A stretch of DNA of 64,000 bases, taken from positions 62,001-126,000 of the forward strand of contig JYFJ02000044.1 in the NCBI GenBank assembly GCA_000934665.2, read 5' to 3'. This document shows, piece by piece, positions 1-12,014 of the stretch. The notes beneath the pieces were generated by a model. It saw nothing but the letters and a program-made list of their open reading frames with translations. It searched no databases and was not told the DNA's origin. This DNA comes from Catajapyx aquilonaris (lineage: Eukaryota). Both the position numbers and the translations under genes were made by a program. Position 1 is the first letter of the stretch. Every line of letters starts with the position of its first letter.

Positions 1-209
1 CCCATTGAACTAGAGTATTGATATCAGATATTGTGACGGACCAAAAATATCGCTAAGACTTGTTTCGACCTTCAGACGATCTTTGTGTAAAGTCAATGTT
101 TAAAGAAGAGGCCACTAGTTTGAAGGAGAAAAAAAATCGCCACCTTGTCACGAGCAGTTTATTTTAAAAAGTGCTTGCGTGATTCCTCCTGTTGACTCTT
201 TCAATTTTC

Positions 210-700
210 AGACTGAAACTAGACTGACAACCTCTAATAGCATGTTGCCCGTTTAAACCTTGGCGTGACCTGGGTCAAGGGCGATTACATGAAGCACTCC
301 TTTGACGTGACTTGAATGTACTCATCAATTGCGTAAGAGGCCAAGTGCAATGACCATTCGTGCACGATGTTTATAATGCACAAGTGAAGGAATCATTCAC
401 TTGATATGTAAGCTGATGCAACTTGAAGGTCACATCTGACTGAATGGTGTACTTACATGAACTGGCGGTTCACAATAGTTTCCATGCAACTATATAGGGA
501 AGGAACTGGACAGACGCTTGTCAATAGGTTTTTCTTGGGAGTTCTAGGAAGGATCATTGTTCTCTGTTGTGTGACACTACAATGCAACAGCGGCTGATTA
601 CAATGGTGTGGCCTGATTCTTGAGTTCGCTTTCGTCTATGAAGCGTTACTTATTGCCAGTGACAAAAATTATATTGGAAGAAAGACGAGGTCATGAGGCT
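210..700 (+). mobile_element. Highly decayed RTE-like non-LTR retrotransposon fragment (RT thumb to C-terminus)
   Basis: Across frameshifts and stops, colinear remnants read LKLD*QPL..FK/LGVT (xLDGxxLxxVxxFKYLG), AMTIRA, KLMQLEGHI*LNGVLT*T (KLRLLxxxIWxxxLYGxETWT), VLGRII, LQWCGLIL (LxWxGHIL) and IGRKTR. Motif matching by eye only. Confidence 0.5.
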
Positions 701-989
701 TATGAGGAAAAGTGTAATGGGACGTCACACAATGACAATGCCATTGGTAATGAAGTTGACCAATAACATGTTCCGCAAATTCACAGTGCTATTATTATTT
801 GAGCGGATTATGTAGTGCAGTTCGTAGTGTCGTGGGGTGTGGCTTCACCTGATTCCTAGACATGCATAGTACATAGTTTCTTAAGTTAATTAGCCAAATG
901 TCTGGAATGAAGACACCACAGGCCCTATCGCATGATCATGCCATGAGTGTATCAGTCCCTCACGCAATTATGCGGGTACACCCGTCGGA

Positions 990-1280
990 TATAATATTAC
1001 AGAACTTACTATGCACAAGTCCATTATCCGACAGCTTGATGTCTCAGTTCTGTATAGTAGTAAAACATGCACTGACTGGATGGGTTTAAATATATGAATG
1101 TAACTTCAGACGTCTTAACCGAAGAGTGTTGCCTTCTCAGAAAGCGGTGAACTGCACTGTAATAATCTTCTCAACCACATGTCAGGTGCAATAGCTTACA
1201 TTTAATGTGACAGGTACAATCAAAATGCGAATCCGCAACTGCATGCAGTTGGTGACGGTATTTCATCAAATGATGATGTC
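990..1280 (+). mobile_element. Second decayed RTE-like fragment
   Basis: One frame reads KSIIRQLDVSVLYSSKTCT, three single-base changes from the RTE motif LYGSETWT. A weak LQT..K remnant follows. Confidence 0.4.
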
Positions 1281-2029
1281 TCTGTGTCGCTAATAGATAT
1301 TTATCCGAAATGCTATTATTGTCATATTATATGAACAGCGCACAATAACAGATTATTATTAATATTAATACTTTGGTAATTAGTGTGCCACAAAGAATAA
1401 CTCTATTATATGCCATTACGCATTAATGGGATTTAAACCAATTACTATAGAAATGTACTGACTACTTGATAATGTCCAAACTCAATCATTGGATGTACAG
1501 AATCATTTACGTCCTCTGTACATTTCATATTGCTTTGGCATTTTGTAATAGCAAAATTAAAGTATGCGGGTGATTCAAATTGTGATTGACGTCAAAAACT
1601 TACTAATTAAATCATCCATATTAATTGCATGAATGCTGCATAGCTTTATTTTCGATGCAGCTCAATTTACATGTAGGCACATACTGACAATTGCTCAGGT
1701 CCACACAAAATAAGCTTACCTCACTTTCGTAGAAAGTTTGTTCAGAAAATTGAAACACGTCCTTGGTTTCACTTCCTCATTTTAAGGAAGCCAACACAGA
1801 GTAAATGCTTGAAACGTTCTGCATGCAAACCGCCGTACATAACTTTTGCAATGCCAGCCCCATATACTGTCTAGGGGGTTTTGTGTGGTGTCGTATGCTC
1901 ATTTCTGACTTGTCGACGCCCATTGTCCCGACCCAAGACCCTTGGCTGGGTCGAACTTCCCTTTGGAAAACAGCCCCGTCCTAATGCAACCAAGGCCGTC
2001 TGGATTCCAATTTTGTTCCTTCACTATAC

Positions 2030-2240
2030 ATGTCTGGCTGCTGGCATATTCCAAGCTGAGTCGTAAGGTTTCACCCATTTCCAACATTCAGGGGGAAAAA
2101 TATAAGGAATCTGTGTAAGTCCAGGTGTCATATAAACATGATATATTCCAGCATATGATGAAAACATTTTTGGGGCGGAACCAACCAAGGGTAGAGTAAC
2201 GACTTATATTGTGTATACCTAAGTACTTCAATATGACGTA
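2030..2240 (-). mobile_element. Decayed CR1/L2-group LINE fragment
   Basis: Minus-strand remnants in the expected order: KYLGIH, TLGWFR (TLGxLRR), LYDT, LEYASS. Confidence 0.45.
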
Positions 2241-3248
2241 AGTGGACCTCTCCTTATAATATTCATGTCGTAATCCATTCATTTTGTGACAAGAACGTTG
2301 AAGGCTAGAGTAACACAATATAGGTCTGATTGCATTGCATTGTCATGAAGGTGGGATTACTTCTTGCATACGTACAGCAAGCCCTTTTTGCATTCTAAAA
2401 AGTCATCAAGTATAGGGGTTGTATAGCCAGCTCTGGCTTATGAAACATTACAGCAGCGCAATTACCTTCAGTCTCCTGATGGCCACAGTGATCTACAGGC
2501 GATTACTTTTAAGCCCTCCTAAAACTCCATTACTCCGCCTCTATTTTTAGCTCACAATACACAGGCAGTCCTGGTCTACTCTAGGCATTCTCTTGCCTTT
2601 AAATATTTAATGAAGCTATTACCCCTTACCCAATATACCGCATTTTAATACATTGCTGTACCCACCTGCATTTTACATGCACTGTCGTAGCTGCCACTTT
2701 ATTACAAAATTACTAGCTTGTGACTATGTACAACCAATTACTTGGACTAATTATTTTGTTTATCAATAAGTCACTGGTCGTTTTACAGTTCCTTCAGTAC
2801 GAACAGTTTGTATGAAGCTAACCGCACATCTATATAGGGACTACACCTCACTATATATACACTTACCCTCCATACTTTCTGTTTGATTATGACGTCAGCT
2901 CTGAATAATGCAACCTCCCAGCAGGTTAAGCCGACCGTTCGGAACCGCGTAATTTTTTCTTTAAATAATGGTTCGCCATCCCTGTGCAAGGGCATCCCTC
3001 CTTCCAAAAAAAAAAAAAGAAGAAGAAGTGGCTTCTTTTGAAGCGCTTTAATGGAAGCCCACAAACGAAAGGCTACGATGAGGTTCAAGTAACATCGGGA
3101 ATGATTTCCTCAGATGGAAATAAAAAGAGCGGGTGAGTAGAGTTCTGAAAAGGAATGCGCTCGTTTGAAGTCAGGCACCGTGTGCACCTTTGACCCATTT
3201 GGTGGCGCCTAAAAGTCAGGTTAAAATAACATGCAGCTACTCGGCATA

Positions 3249-3383
3249 CAGGGTGATTCACAAAAATGCTAGATATCTGATATCAAAACTGAAAGCGTAT
3301 AACATATCCTGGAGGATATGTGACCCTTCATGCCGAATATTTAATACTTTTTTACAATCATACAGCTTGTCTGAAACACCCTG
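3249..3383. mobile_element. Short mariner-type MITE relic
   Basis: TA-CAGGGTGATTCA ... TGAAACACCCTG-TA: 11/12 terminal inverted repeat, TA flanks, and the same CAGGGTG terminus as the 58.5-kb element. Confidence 0.65.
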
Positions 3384-3599
3384 TACAGGAAAAGAGAGGT
3401 TGCACTCGGAGACGTTTCCTTATGCAAAGGGTTTTTTTGGGGGCGGAAATGGTCATCAAAAGCGGCCACATGCTATGATGGCCGGGTTTTCTATCTATAG
3501 ACAGGACTATTTGCTGGATAGTCCCCCGCGCAAACACGCCTTGTGTCCCGCTCTGGGACATCTTTCTGGGCGGGGGCAAAAAACGAGTAAAATTGTGGA

Positions 3600-3622
3600 G
3601 GGTGGGTTGGGTTGGGTGGGGG
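3600..3622 (+). promoter_or_regulatory. Canonical G-quadruplex-forming motif
   Basis: GGGTGGGTTGGGTTGGGTGGGGG: five G-runs with 1-2 nt loops. Function not shown. Confidence 0.6.
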
Positions 3623-4029
3623 ACATATATGTTTGATCACATGCTGTTTTTGAAGTTGGTCGATCGTCTGCTGGATTAGTTTCGGTTCCAGTTCTCTCGC
3701 GACCTGGCCTGAACCTGCTGGGTGTTTCCCATGCTGCGGTTTTGATGACGGTCACAGGGCAACTCACGGAGAGGATTTTTTTGATGTCAAAAGGTTCAGC
3801 TTATAGTACTTTTGGTGGTCACTCAGAAGAGCGGTCAGCTGTTGAGCCTCAAAATGGGCTACAAGGGTGTTTCTTTGTGGAGTGTTTTTGGGGCTGTCAG
3901 ATAAAAAGAGGGGGTGGCATTTGCTGTAAAGCTGGGTTCACATGGGTGTCGGTCGTTGCCTTTGTGCTTGGGTCGTTGTGGTTTATATTTTTTCTATTAG
4001 CGTTGGTTGTGCAATGATTAGGTGTATTC

Positions 4030-4200
4030 TAACTGTAAAATTATGTGAACATTTCATACGAAAAAGAAGCAATTTCGACAAATGCTCTTTTTGAGTGAAT
4101 TTCACCCTCTGAAAAGATTTACTTTAACTCAAATCGAGTGGAAGAACGAGTGAAAATCACTCAAATAGAGTGGAAAAGCACTCGAAAATCTTTATAGTGT
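4030..4200. repeat. Small GAGTG/CACTC-rich dispersed repeat, with a related partial copy at about 33415-33490
   Basis: Ends resemble ACTGTAAAA...TTTATAGTGT, with internal GAGTGAA/CACTC units. AAATCGAGTGGAA and the reverse complement of GCTCTTTTTG recur at about 33448-33490. Confidence 0.4.
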
Positions 4201-4790
4201 TATATATAATAATTATTAGGTTTTTCATTTGCTTATAAAAATACTAAAAAATAAACAACAAAATAATATCTGCGTTAAACACGATTTAAAAATAAGTATA
4301 TCATTACAGATTATAAATAACACCGGCGATTGAAGAATAGCTGGTGTTATTAAAGCTTGCATTGTACTTTACAGGCACGTTCAACCTTTTCCCACACAAA
4401 TATGCTGTAGCCACATGATGAAAGCGAGTATTACGCTGGATTTTAAAAAAAAACATGCGGTACACGCGAGACGAACCACAACACTATCATTCCACGCCTC
4501 TAAAAATTGGTCAAAGCCTCTAATTATACTAGCAATACGGGCGCATTTTCTGTATTTGCATGTCCCATAAAAATAGCGTGTCAAGTAGCCTGACCGAGCT
4601 TAATTTACATGCACAAGCTGCATAATTCGTCGCGACGAGCTCTCATTTCGCGCAGTTAACATACATCACATTCGACCATTACCATTTAAAAGACTACCCA
4701 TAAACTAGCCACCGATCTGTTAAATAATCTACGCATGCAAATGTCTTTTTCCTAAACTTGCAAACGTGTGTGTGCATTCACACTCTTGCC

Positions 4791-4980
4791 TGTGTAAAAC
4801 TATGCACTAAGGTCAGTAAAATGAGGTATTATGAATGAAATTATGCGCATCAAACTGTGTACAAATTGTAGAAATTATGTGAGTATTTTTACACACATAG
4901 TCTATCACACACTGTAAGATAGTGCATAATTTTATTCAATCCTGCACCTAATTTGACACACCTTAGTGCATAATTACACT
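4791..4980. repeat. Degenerate inverted repeat built of TTATGCAC-like subunits (MITE-like)
   Basis: GTGTAAAACTATGCACTAAGG pairs with CCTTAGTGCATAATTACAC, and ATGAATGAAATTATGCGCA pairs with AGTGCATAATTTTATTCAAT. Confidence 0.55.
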
Positions 4981-7900
4981 CACTTTTCTTATAACCATCA
5001 AGTGTATATTTTGTTTTGCAATTTTACACAGTCAGTGTCACATTACACTCTGGATGTAGCGAGTAACACGTATATCAAGTTTTTAGTGCACGTATACGTA
5101 CTTGTGAAGTTGGACCTCTGGGAAATGAAAACGGGCGAAATAATTCAATGCAACCGGACGCAAAATCCGTTTTGTGCGATTCGGCCGTCGACTTGATGCA
5201 GTTACGAGTCCAACAAGTGTTTGCCAGTGCCGCTTGAAATTAGCAAGAACTTGGTGCGAACATGGGCTTGGAACCGGGTTTATTATCCCCACTTGAAGCT
5301 GCCAACCCAGACGCGTCTGGGTAATGAATTTTTTAAAACTCGAGCTTGGTTTTACCTTTGAAGCTTGATCGGACCCCATGCTGGTCGTTACCCGATAGAA
5401 CGCTAATATTATTGGTGAGCCGGAATCAATTTGATTTCTCCACCGAGTTCAAGGATCTTTGACCGCAATCGAATCTGGATTTATTGGTCATAAATACGTG
5501 AAGAGGAGCCAAATGACTCTGGTGGCAATAATTAAAAAATTGATTTTTTAATCACTCGGTCCACTGATTTGCATCCACACCCACACGTGCAGGTGATGAC
5601 GTGCTGGGTGCGGCGAACGGATCAAAAAAAACCGACACTTTTGACCTCCTTTTGACATATTTTGCAGGGTCAGCGCACCCAATATGTCGCCTGGCACAAA
5701 ACGACGTAAAAAGGTGTCCTCTGATGCGACGAAAAGTGCCAACCAAAGCGGCCCGTTTAGTTTCTAAGTGTGCGGCGCACACCCTTAGAGATAGAGCAGA
5801 CATAAACTTGGGGACATAAACGACAGAGTATGTCCCCAAAGTGCTGCATCAGAGCATTAAGAGCATGAATCAGCCTTCCAAAGTCGCCTCTTTTCTTTAG
5901 TTTACGCTCATTGCGATTTTTTTTTGGCGGGTGCTATCTGCTTATCGTAAAATTCTTATCGCGATGTTTTATTTTGCTGCGAATTTTCGGTGGGTGATAG
6001 TCGGGTTAAGCCGGGTTCAGACGGCCAATGCCTGAGAAATAAATTACGGTAGCCCGATTTGCATATAAACACTGTCTGGTCGCATTTCCAATGCTTTTGA
6101 ATTGATACTGACAACCTGAGCCGATCTGGAACCCTCTCTTGAAATGCAAAGAGGATCCCGCGAATATTGCGAAATTCTGTGAGAATCGGTCGAAGAAGCA
6201 CTTTGGATCCTTCCTTCCGAAAAATAAGGTATGGGAAATAAAAAGCTTGTGAGGCCTGCATTAGCCGCCGTTTGCCTTTTCCTTCACTTCAATCAGAATT
6301 CGCTTCACGTCCTCCACGGGTTTTTTTTCTGTTTAAAGAAAAAAGGATGGGGGGGACATGCTTGAAGACACCCTGTGACCCTATCTTGCAGAACTTTTGT
6401 ACCAGTGCCTTCAATGCATCGGGATTTTCTCTGAACGTTCCTTGTCTGAAATGAAATCCGGAGATAAGGAGCTCGAAAATTGGAAAACCTCGCCTTTGAA
6501 ATCCTAACCGCTTTTCTGAAGTCCTAACACATACTCGTCACTCTCGCAAATGCTGCTAAATTAGTTGGATTAATTCCGCGAATTAGAAATCTTACTAATA
6601 GGATTTATACATCTGCCCACACAAATTTGCAATAGGATCCTTCCAGATTAAATCAAGGGGGGGGGGGGGGGGCAAGACCTTACTTTAAACCCTTACTCTT
6701 GAAAATGAAGTCGTGGGCGTGCCTTTCAGGATTAAATCCTCTTGAACGACATTTCTTACAGCCCAAAAACACACGTGTAATACCCTACCAGAATATGCCA
6801 TCAGCACATGGCGCTTGAAAACTACGACGGTGCATAAATTGTGGAGCGATATAGTTTTCATGGGTGTAGCCCTGCACTGCACTTAAAATGATTAAGGTTC
6901 TAGCCTCCAACTTGGCCCTTACTCCTAAACGATTTTTTTTTTTTCTCGCAAAGAATTGGGTGGTGCACCATCTCGGCAGTTTTGGGGAGGCTGGAGGCAG
7001 CATCTGCAGTCCTCTAGTAAGTAACCATTTCCGTGCATATTAGAGCTTGACGTCACAAAAACTACTTTATGGCTGGTTCATCTGCAGGGAAAGGAATTGA
7101 TTAAACTAAAGTATGAAAATTTGCGCATGAGTTGAATATGAATCTGAAAAAAAAATTGTGTCGATGCGTTTTGTGCAATCTTGTGGTTGACAGGTAAACT
7201 AATCGTGGTTGGGGAACATCCCAATCGATGTTGGCAGTATCACGGGGCCATTACTTACCTTTGACGTCTTATTTTCTGGGGGAGGTCTGTAGCCTTCCAA
7301 AAAAATTGCTGGAGGAGAAGAAAAAGGCTTGCCATGTTTTTCAGGTGGCAAACCAAACACAAAAATATTGTGGTTGTAATTCTATGTACGGACTTTTCTA
7401 CACCTTCTGTACACACAATTTTGAAGCCATCACGATCAGGCCTGGGTTATTATTTTTTGGGGGGAAATCCCATCACCCTGAATTGGACTTCTGTTGTCAA
7501 GCTGCGGCTTGATATGAGAGAGAGAATTCTGGATGAAGAAGTGGGGAAACTTGCTGGGAGTCATCTTCAATTAGAGCACCCGGGTACTTTGATTCAGGTA
7601 TAAAATTTAATATCCCTCGGAATAGTGGGATCCTGGGTGACGGTCTGACCTGCGCTCTAATTAATTTCGTTTCGAGGGAAAAGTCCGCATGAAAATGAAG
7701 TTAGCTCTTGTCGGGGCTTGTGCAGTATAGTTTGGTTCGAATATTCGGGACATAGGAAGGGCATCGCCAGTGTCATCACATTTCAGCAGGAAATCAGTCA
7801 AGTGCATTACAATTGATTTGCGTGTTCGTCTGAATCAAATATGTGGGCAGAATGAATTGGTTTCCGCAGAATTCAGAGGAAGGAAATTGGCAAGGACTTG

Positions 7901-9479
7901 TATGGTTTACTGGACACGTGTATGGAAGTGGGAGTCCTTTTGTATGGGAGGAAAAGGTCATGCGATGGTCAAGTGACGCACATGCTGATAATATTGTCAC
8001 AAGCTTATAGCCTAATCCTATATGATGGGAGGTGGTGCGAAACCCACGGTGATATTAGATTGAAATTGAAGTTAAATTGATTAAAATATTGCGTAGTATG
8101 GTATTTGTGTATAGGCCTACTATACGCGGTAGTATATTCATGAGTGACCTGTTTAAAATTCGACCTCTAAATAATTTTGTGATCAATTGACTTAACTTTG
8201 AAAGTGATTTTGTCAATTTGAGTAAGTAGATAGTGTTAAATTGGCTTAAAAATGACTTTCGCACAAATGAACATTTTTTTGAAACTTGAGTGTATTTGAG
8301 TTACTGATTATCAACAAGAAGTCATGCCTAATTTTGAAGGATGAAGTTACGAGCCTGGTGTCGTCACGTAAACAATCGAGTTTGACGAAATAAGTTGTGG
8401 CAGTGCCATTAGCCTGGTTGCACCATGAATCATCACACTATCCCGTGGTTTGTGCGCAAACTTACCACAATGCGTCGGATGCTAACGAAATAATGTATTG
8501 CGGCTGCCCCAGAGTCACACGTGAAAATCAGTGGCGACATAATGCACTTCAAATTAACCCATTATGGTAAGCTGCAATTACAAAGGCTGCTGAAGGTCGC
8601 AAGCCTAAAATCAAACCCATTTGTACAATTCCCTTTTATTTCACGGTGTAATCCTACTAGTGTGACATTGGTGACTTTAGTCTGATGTAATAGCACTATA
8701 AATCAGCATATTTCTTGCAGTCACAATTTGTTGGAATTAGGTTCAAAATGGCATTCGACGTGCAATTTTTTTTTCAGAAAATATCTAATTTCTCAACATG
8801 ATGTTTCATTTGAAACGAACAGGTCATATGGACTTACTAATGCAAATGTACATTTGACACTTTTATTCAAATGAGCTGAAGCAGCATATGCCCAAATTGA
8901 TATATAGATATTCCTTCAATCTGAGCCACTTTTTGTGCGGAACGTATTTCCCCGGCTCTCTCGCAAAATGATATCTCGAACAATTTTTTAAAAATTCATC
9001 CATAAATAAACCGTACTCCATGTTACAGTATGAAAAATGTTCCGGGTCTCAAAAATGCATGCGATGACATAAAAAATTAGCGAGACTGTCAACTCACCAT
9101 TGCTTATTTTTTTAATGAATTGTGGATCTTTAGCATATTTAGGACAACCTCGCTCAAAAATGTACGATGCCGCGTAATGAAAGTAACATACCACACCACG
9201 TCTAATTTATACATTATTAATCATTAGTGCTAAATTTAAGCTATATGTTATGATAAATTATTTCAATGCCATGTTTTGTTACACTGTAATTTCAGCGGGG
9301 TATACATGCACATTATTACGTCAATGTAGCGTAATGACAGCTGACGATTTGAGCCATGTCAGTATATTGACGATTTTTGTCAGCATGAGTTCAATGAGCA
9401 AAAATCAGATCAAATGATGATTGCCTCTAGAAATAGATCGCTCCAAGTCGTCTCCTTATGAAAAGAACGACAAAATGCA

Positions 9480-9990
9480 TTTCGGAAATAGGCAGAGATA
9501 CACGCGAATATCCTATTTTTCTCTCCCTCAAAAAATCGCAATAACAAACGTGGAAATACGATTCCAGGAAATGATGGATTCCATCGAGAGAAAAGGAGAT
9601 GGAGGCGAAGGGAACGGTATAAAAATCCATGTAGAGATGATCCCTGAAAGCAGATTAGAAAGCTATAACTCCCAGGATGCCATCATTCCAGCAGCCAATA
9701 TCTCTGTTACAGAGTAATGCATTCCAACGCAAGCTATACCCTGCGTGCCGACCTATCTTCAAAAAGAGGAACCCTGCGATATTATTACCATTATAACTTG
9801 AGGTCTGGAGTGATGGCAGCGGCTTCTTCTCTTTGTTCTCAGCTGACAATTCGACCCAGTAACACAGGCGCCATGGTGCTTGGCTGGGCTTATCCCTCTT
9901 TATTCAGAAGGCTACGGATTATTTCATTAACCGGAGCTGCAAAGTGAGAGAGTTTTAGCGGGAATGGTGTTGGTCATATTCCCAGGAAGC
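9480..9990 (+). mobile_element. Decayed RTE-like LINE fragment upstream of the IR gene
   Basis: Colinear remnants KIAI..FQEMMD..GIKIH (DDIAI..LQEMM..GxKIN), SYTLRADLSS (FTYLGSxLS), IRP, FRRLRIISLT (RRxLxISWT), and GHIPR at 9972-9986 (GHIxR). Confidence 0.45.
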
Positions 9991-12014
9991 TAGGCACGAA
10001 TATAGACCAAGTACTATAAATAGGCATTATTCTTATAATCAGCAGGAATATCACAGAAGGACCACAATGCATTATTTTTTATGAAGTAATATGCATAACA
10101 TGATGCATGACAAGTGTGTAACCTATTTTTAAAAGCCCATTGTGTGTTTTAATAAGTACAATATGGTGTAAAAATATTAACCAAATAGAGTATGCAGAGT
10201 ATGCAGAATCCCTGATGGGCAGTTCAACACGAAGGGATTTGTTCCCATTTGTTTGCTCACCGATTTTTTTTTTCACTCTCTTTACTAACCGTGAACCGTT
10301 TCCGACCATTAAAGTAAATGTGAGTCATTAACGCCATCGCTTCGATTTGAAGCGCTATTATGTACTCATTGGGGAGAAGTGGAAAATAATTTATCTCTTT
10401 TTGCTGAATAAATCTCCGGGGCAATTTACATGTAACTAGCCCCTGAAACCTCAGCTATTATTTGGCGCACTCAAACACTGTAGGTGATACCGGTAATCAA
10501 TATTAGTGTTCTGGATAATTATCGGAGAATGTGGGTCTCATACTTGAAGCGCTTTATATTCGACGGCGGACAACTTTGAAGAGTGTTGAAAATTGGCAAA
10601 TTATTCTGTAGATTGTAATGACGAGGATTAATATTCGCATTTGCAAAAAAATATATACCTACTGTATCGGAGCAAATGCGTGGATTCCCACTGCTATTGC
10701 GGAAAACTGCGGAATTGCTGCTCATTGTTATGCATAAAAGTAGGCGAATATTCCGACGTGGTTTTGTAGGGGAAAAATGGCGAAAACTGCTGATTTTCTC
10801 TTGTATGGCAACGTGCCGTCACACACCTGCATCTCATTTGAGAATCAGAGACCGTGCCAAATGTGAGAGGATTTTTCAAGCGGCATTTTTCGCACGCCAA
10901 AACTCGCATAATAGTCGCCAAATAACGGGTCCTCCTATTAGCACTATTTTTAAATATTTTGAAGTTGTGTCGATTGAATTTGCCGAATGGGAATCGCCTT
11001 TTGTGCCAACATGCGCACACTATTGTGTCTCCATAGTGAAGCATATTATTACGTCAAGTAGCGGCACTCGGTCATGTTTCATTATGCATGACCAGTTCGG
11101 TGACGCGGAAGTACCTCAGGTGTACGTATGCTCATAGACTACAATTTACTGGCGTATTTAATTCATGGCGGCCTTGCTGTAATGACAAGTAGCCATGGGG
11201 ACGTGTACGTGTACTGAGCACCTAGAATTGATTGACATGTTGTCCTTAACAAAAGGTAACCTAAAGTTAAGACTCTCCAAAGACCCTACTTGAGTTACTC
11301 TTTACATCCCCAGGATATCCCTAGATTTATATGTTTTGTTTGCCAATTAAGTTATAGTTTATTGTGCTCTAGGTGATGGTCCCTAGGATTACATGGCCTG
11401 TCCCATTTCCCCATAGGCTGGTGATGGATGGCATCATTAGTTTGTGGGGCTAATGCGTCATTTGTCAAGTCAAGTATCGCATTTATTTCTCACACCCTGT
11501 TTTTGTACCACTTAGCGCGTGTTTATGAAATTAAAGCTTTACACGCCCTGCATTGTTATAGTCTATTTGGAGAGATGTCGGTTAATGGCTTAATTAGCGA
11601 TATCAAATATTTGATGCGAAATTTACGTCCAGAAAAAAACGAGGTTTTGATTGGACGTTGCCCCATTGTGGCTGCAACAATTCAATCTATAGCCACAGTA
11701 TACGAGCTTACTGTAAAATTAATTAATATGCCATTTTCTCAACAATGCAATGGTGCTTCTCACAGCTTGTATTACAATATTCTTATAAATAATTTGAACA
11801 TTGCCTAAATCAATCGAGAGCACTCAAACACGTAGTCATTTTCTCCAAGCAGGCGCGTGGGTGAAATACACCTAGTGATAGCATCGTACAGGAGTAATTT
11901 AGCCACCGTGTGACGTGGTAATTCATAAAATCGTTACCGTATGAGGCGCCGGGGTTTACGTTAAGGAACAGTTTGCAGTGCAGTTTAGCACGCGCAACAG
12001 TCACCTGAACAGTC

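Noticed and set aside
5305..5322. 18-bp perfect palindrome ACCCAGACGCGTCTGGGT (and TAGGCCTAGCTAGGCCTA at 40022-40039)
   Set aside because: The first is near chance expectation for 64 kb; the second is just a duplicated palindromic 10-mer.
11920..12014. TATA/Inr-like motifs upstream of the IR
   Set aside because: CATAAAA and CAGTT motifs are present but the spacing is non-canonical; not supportable without TSS data.
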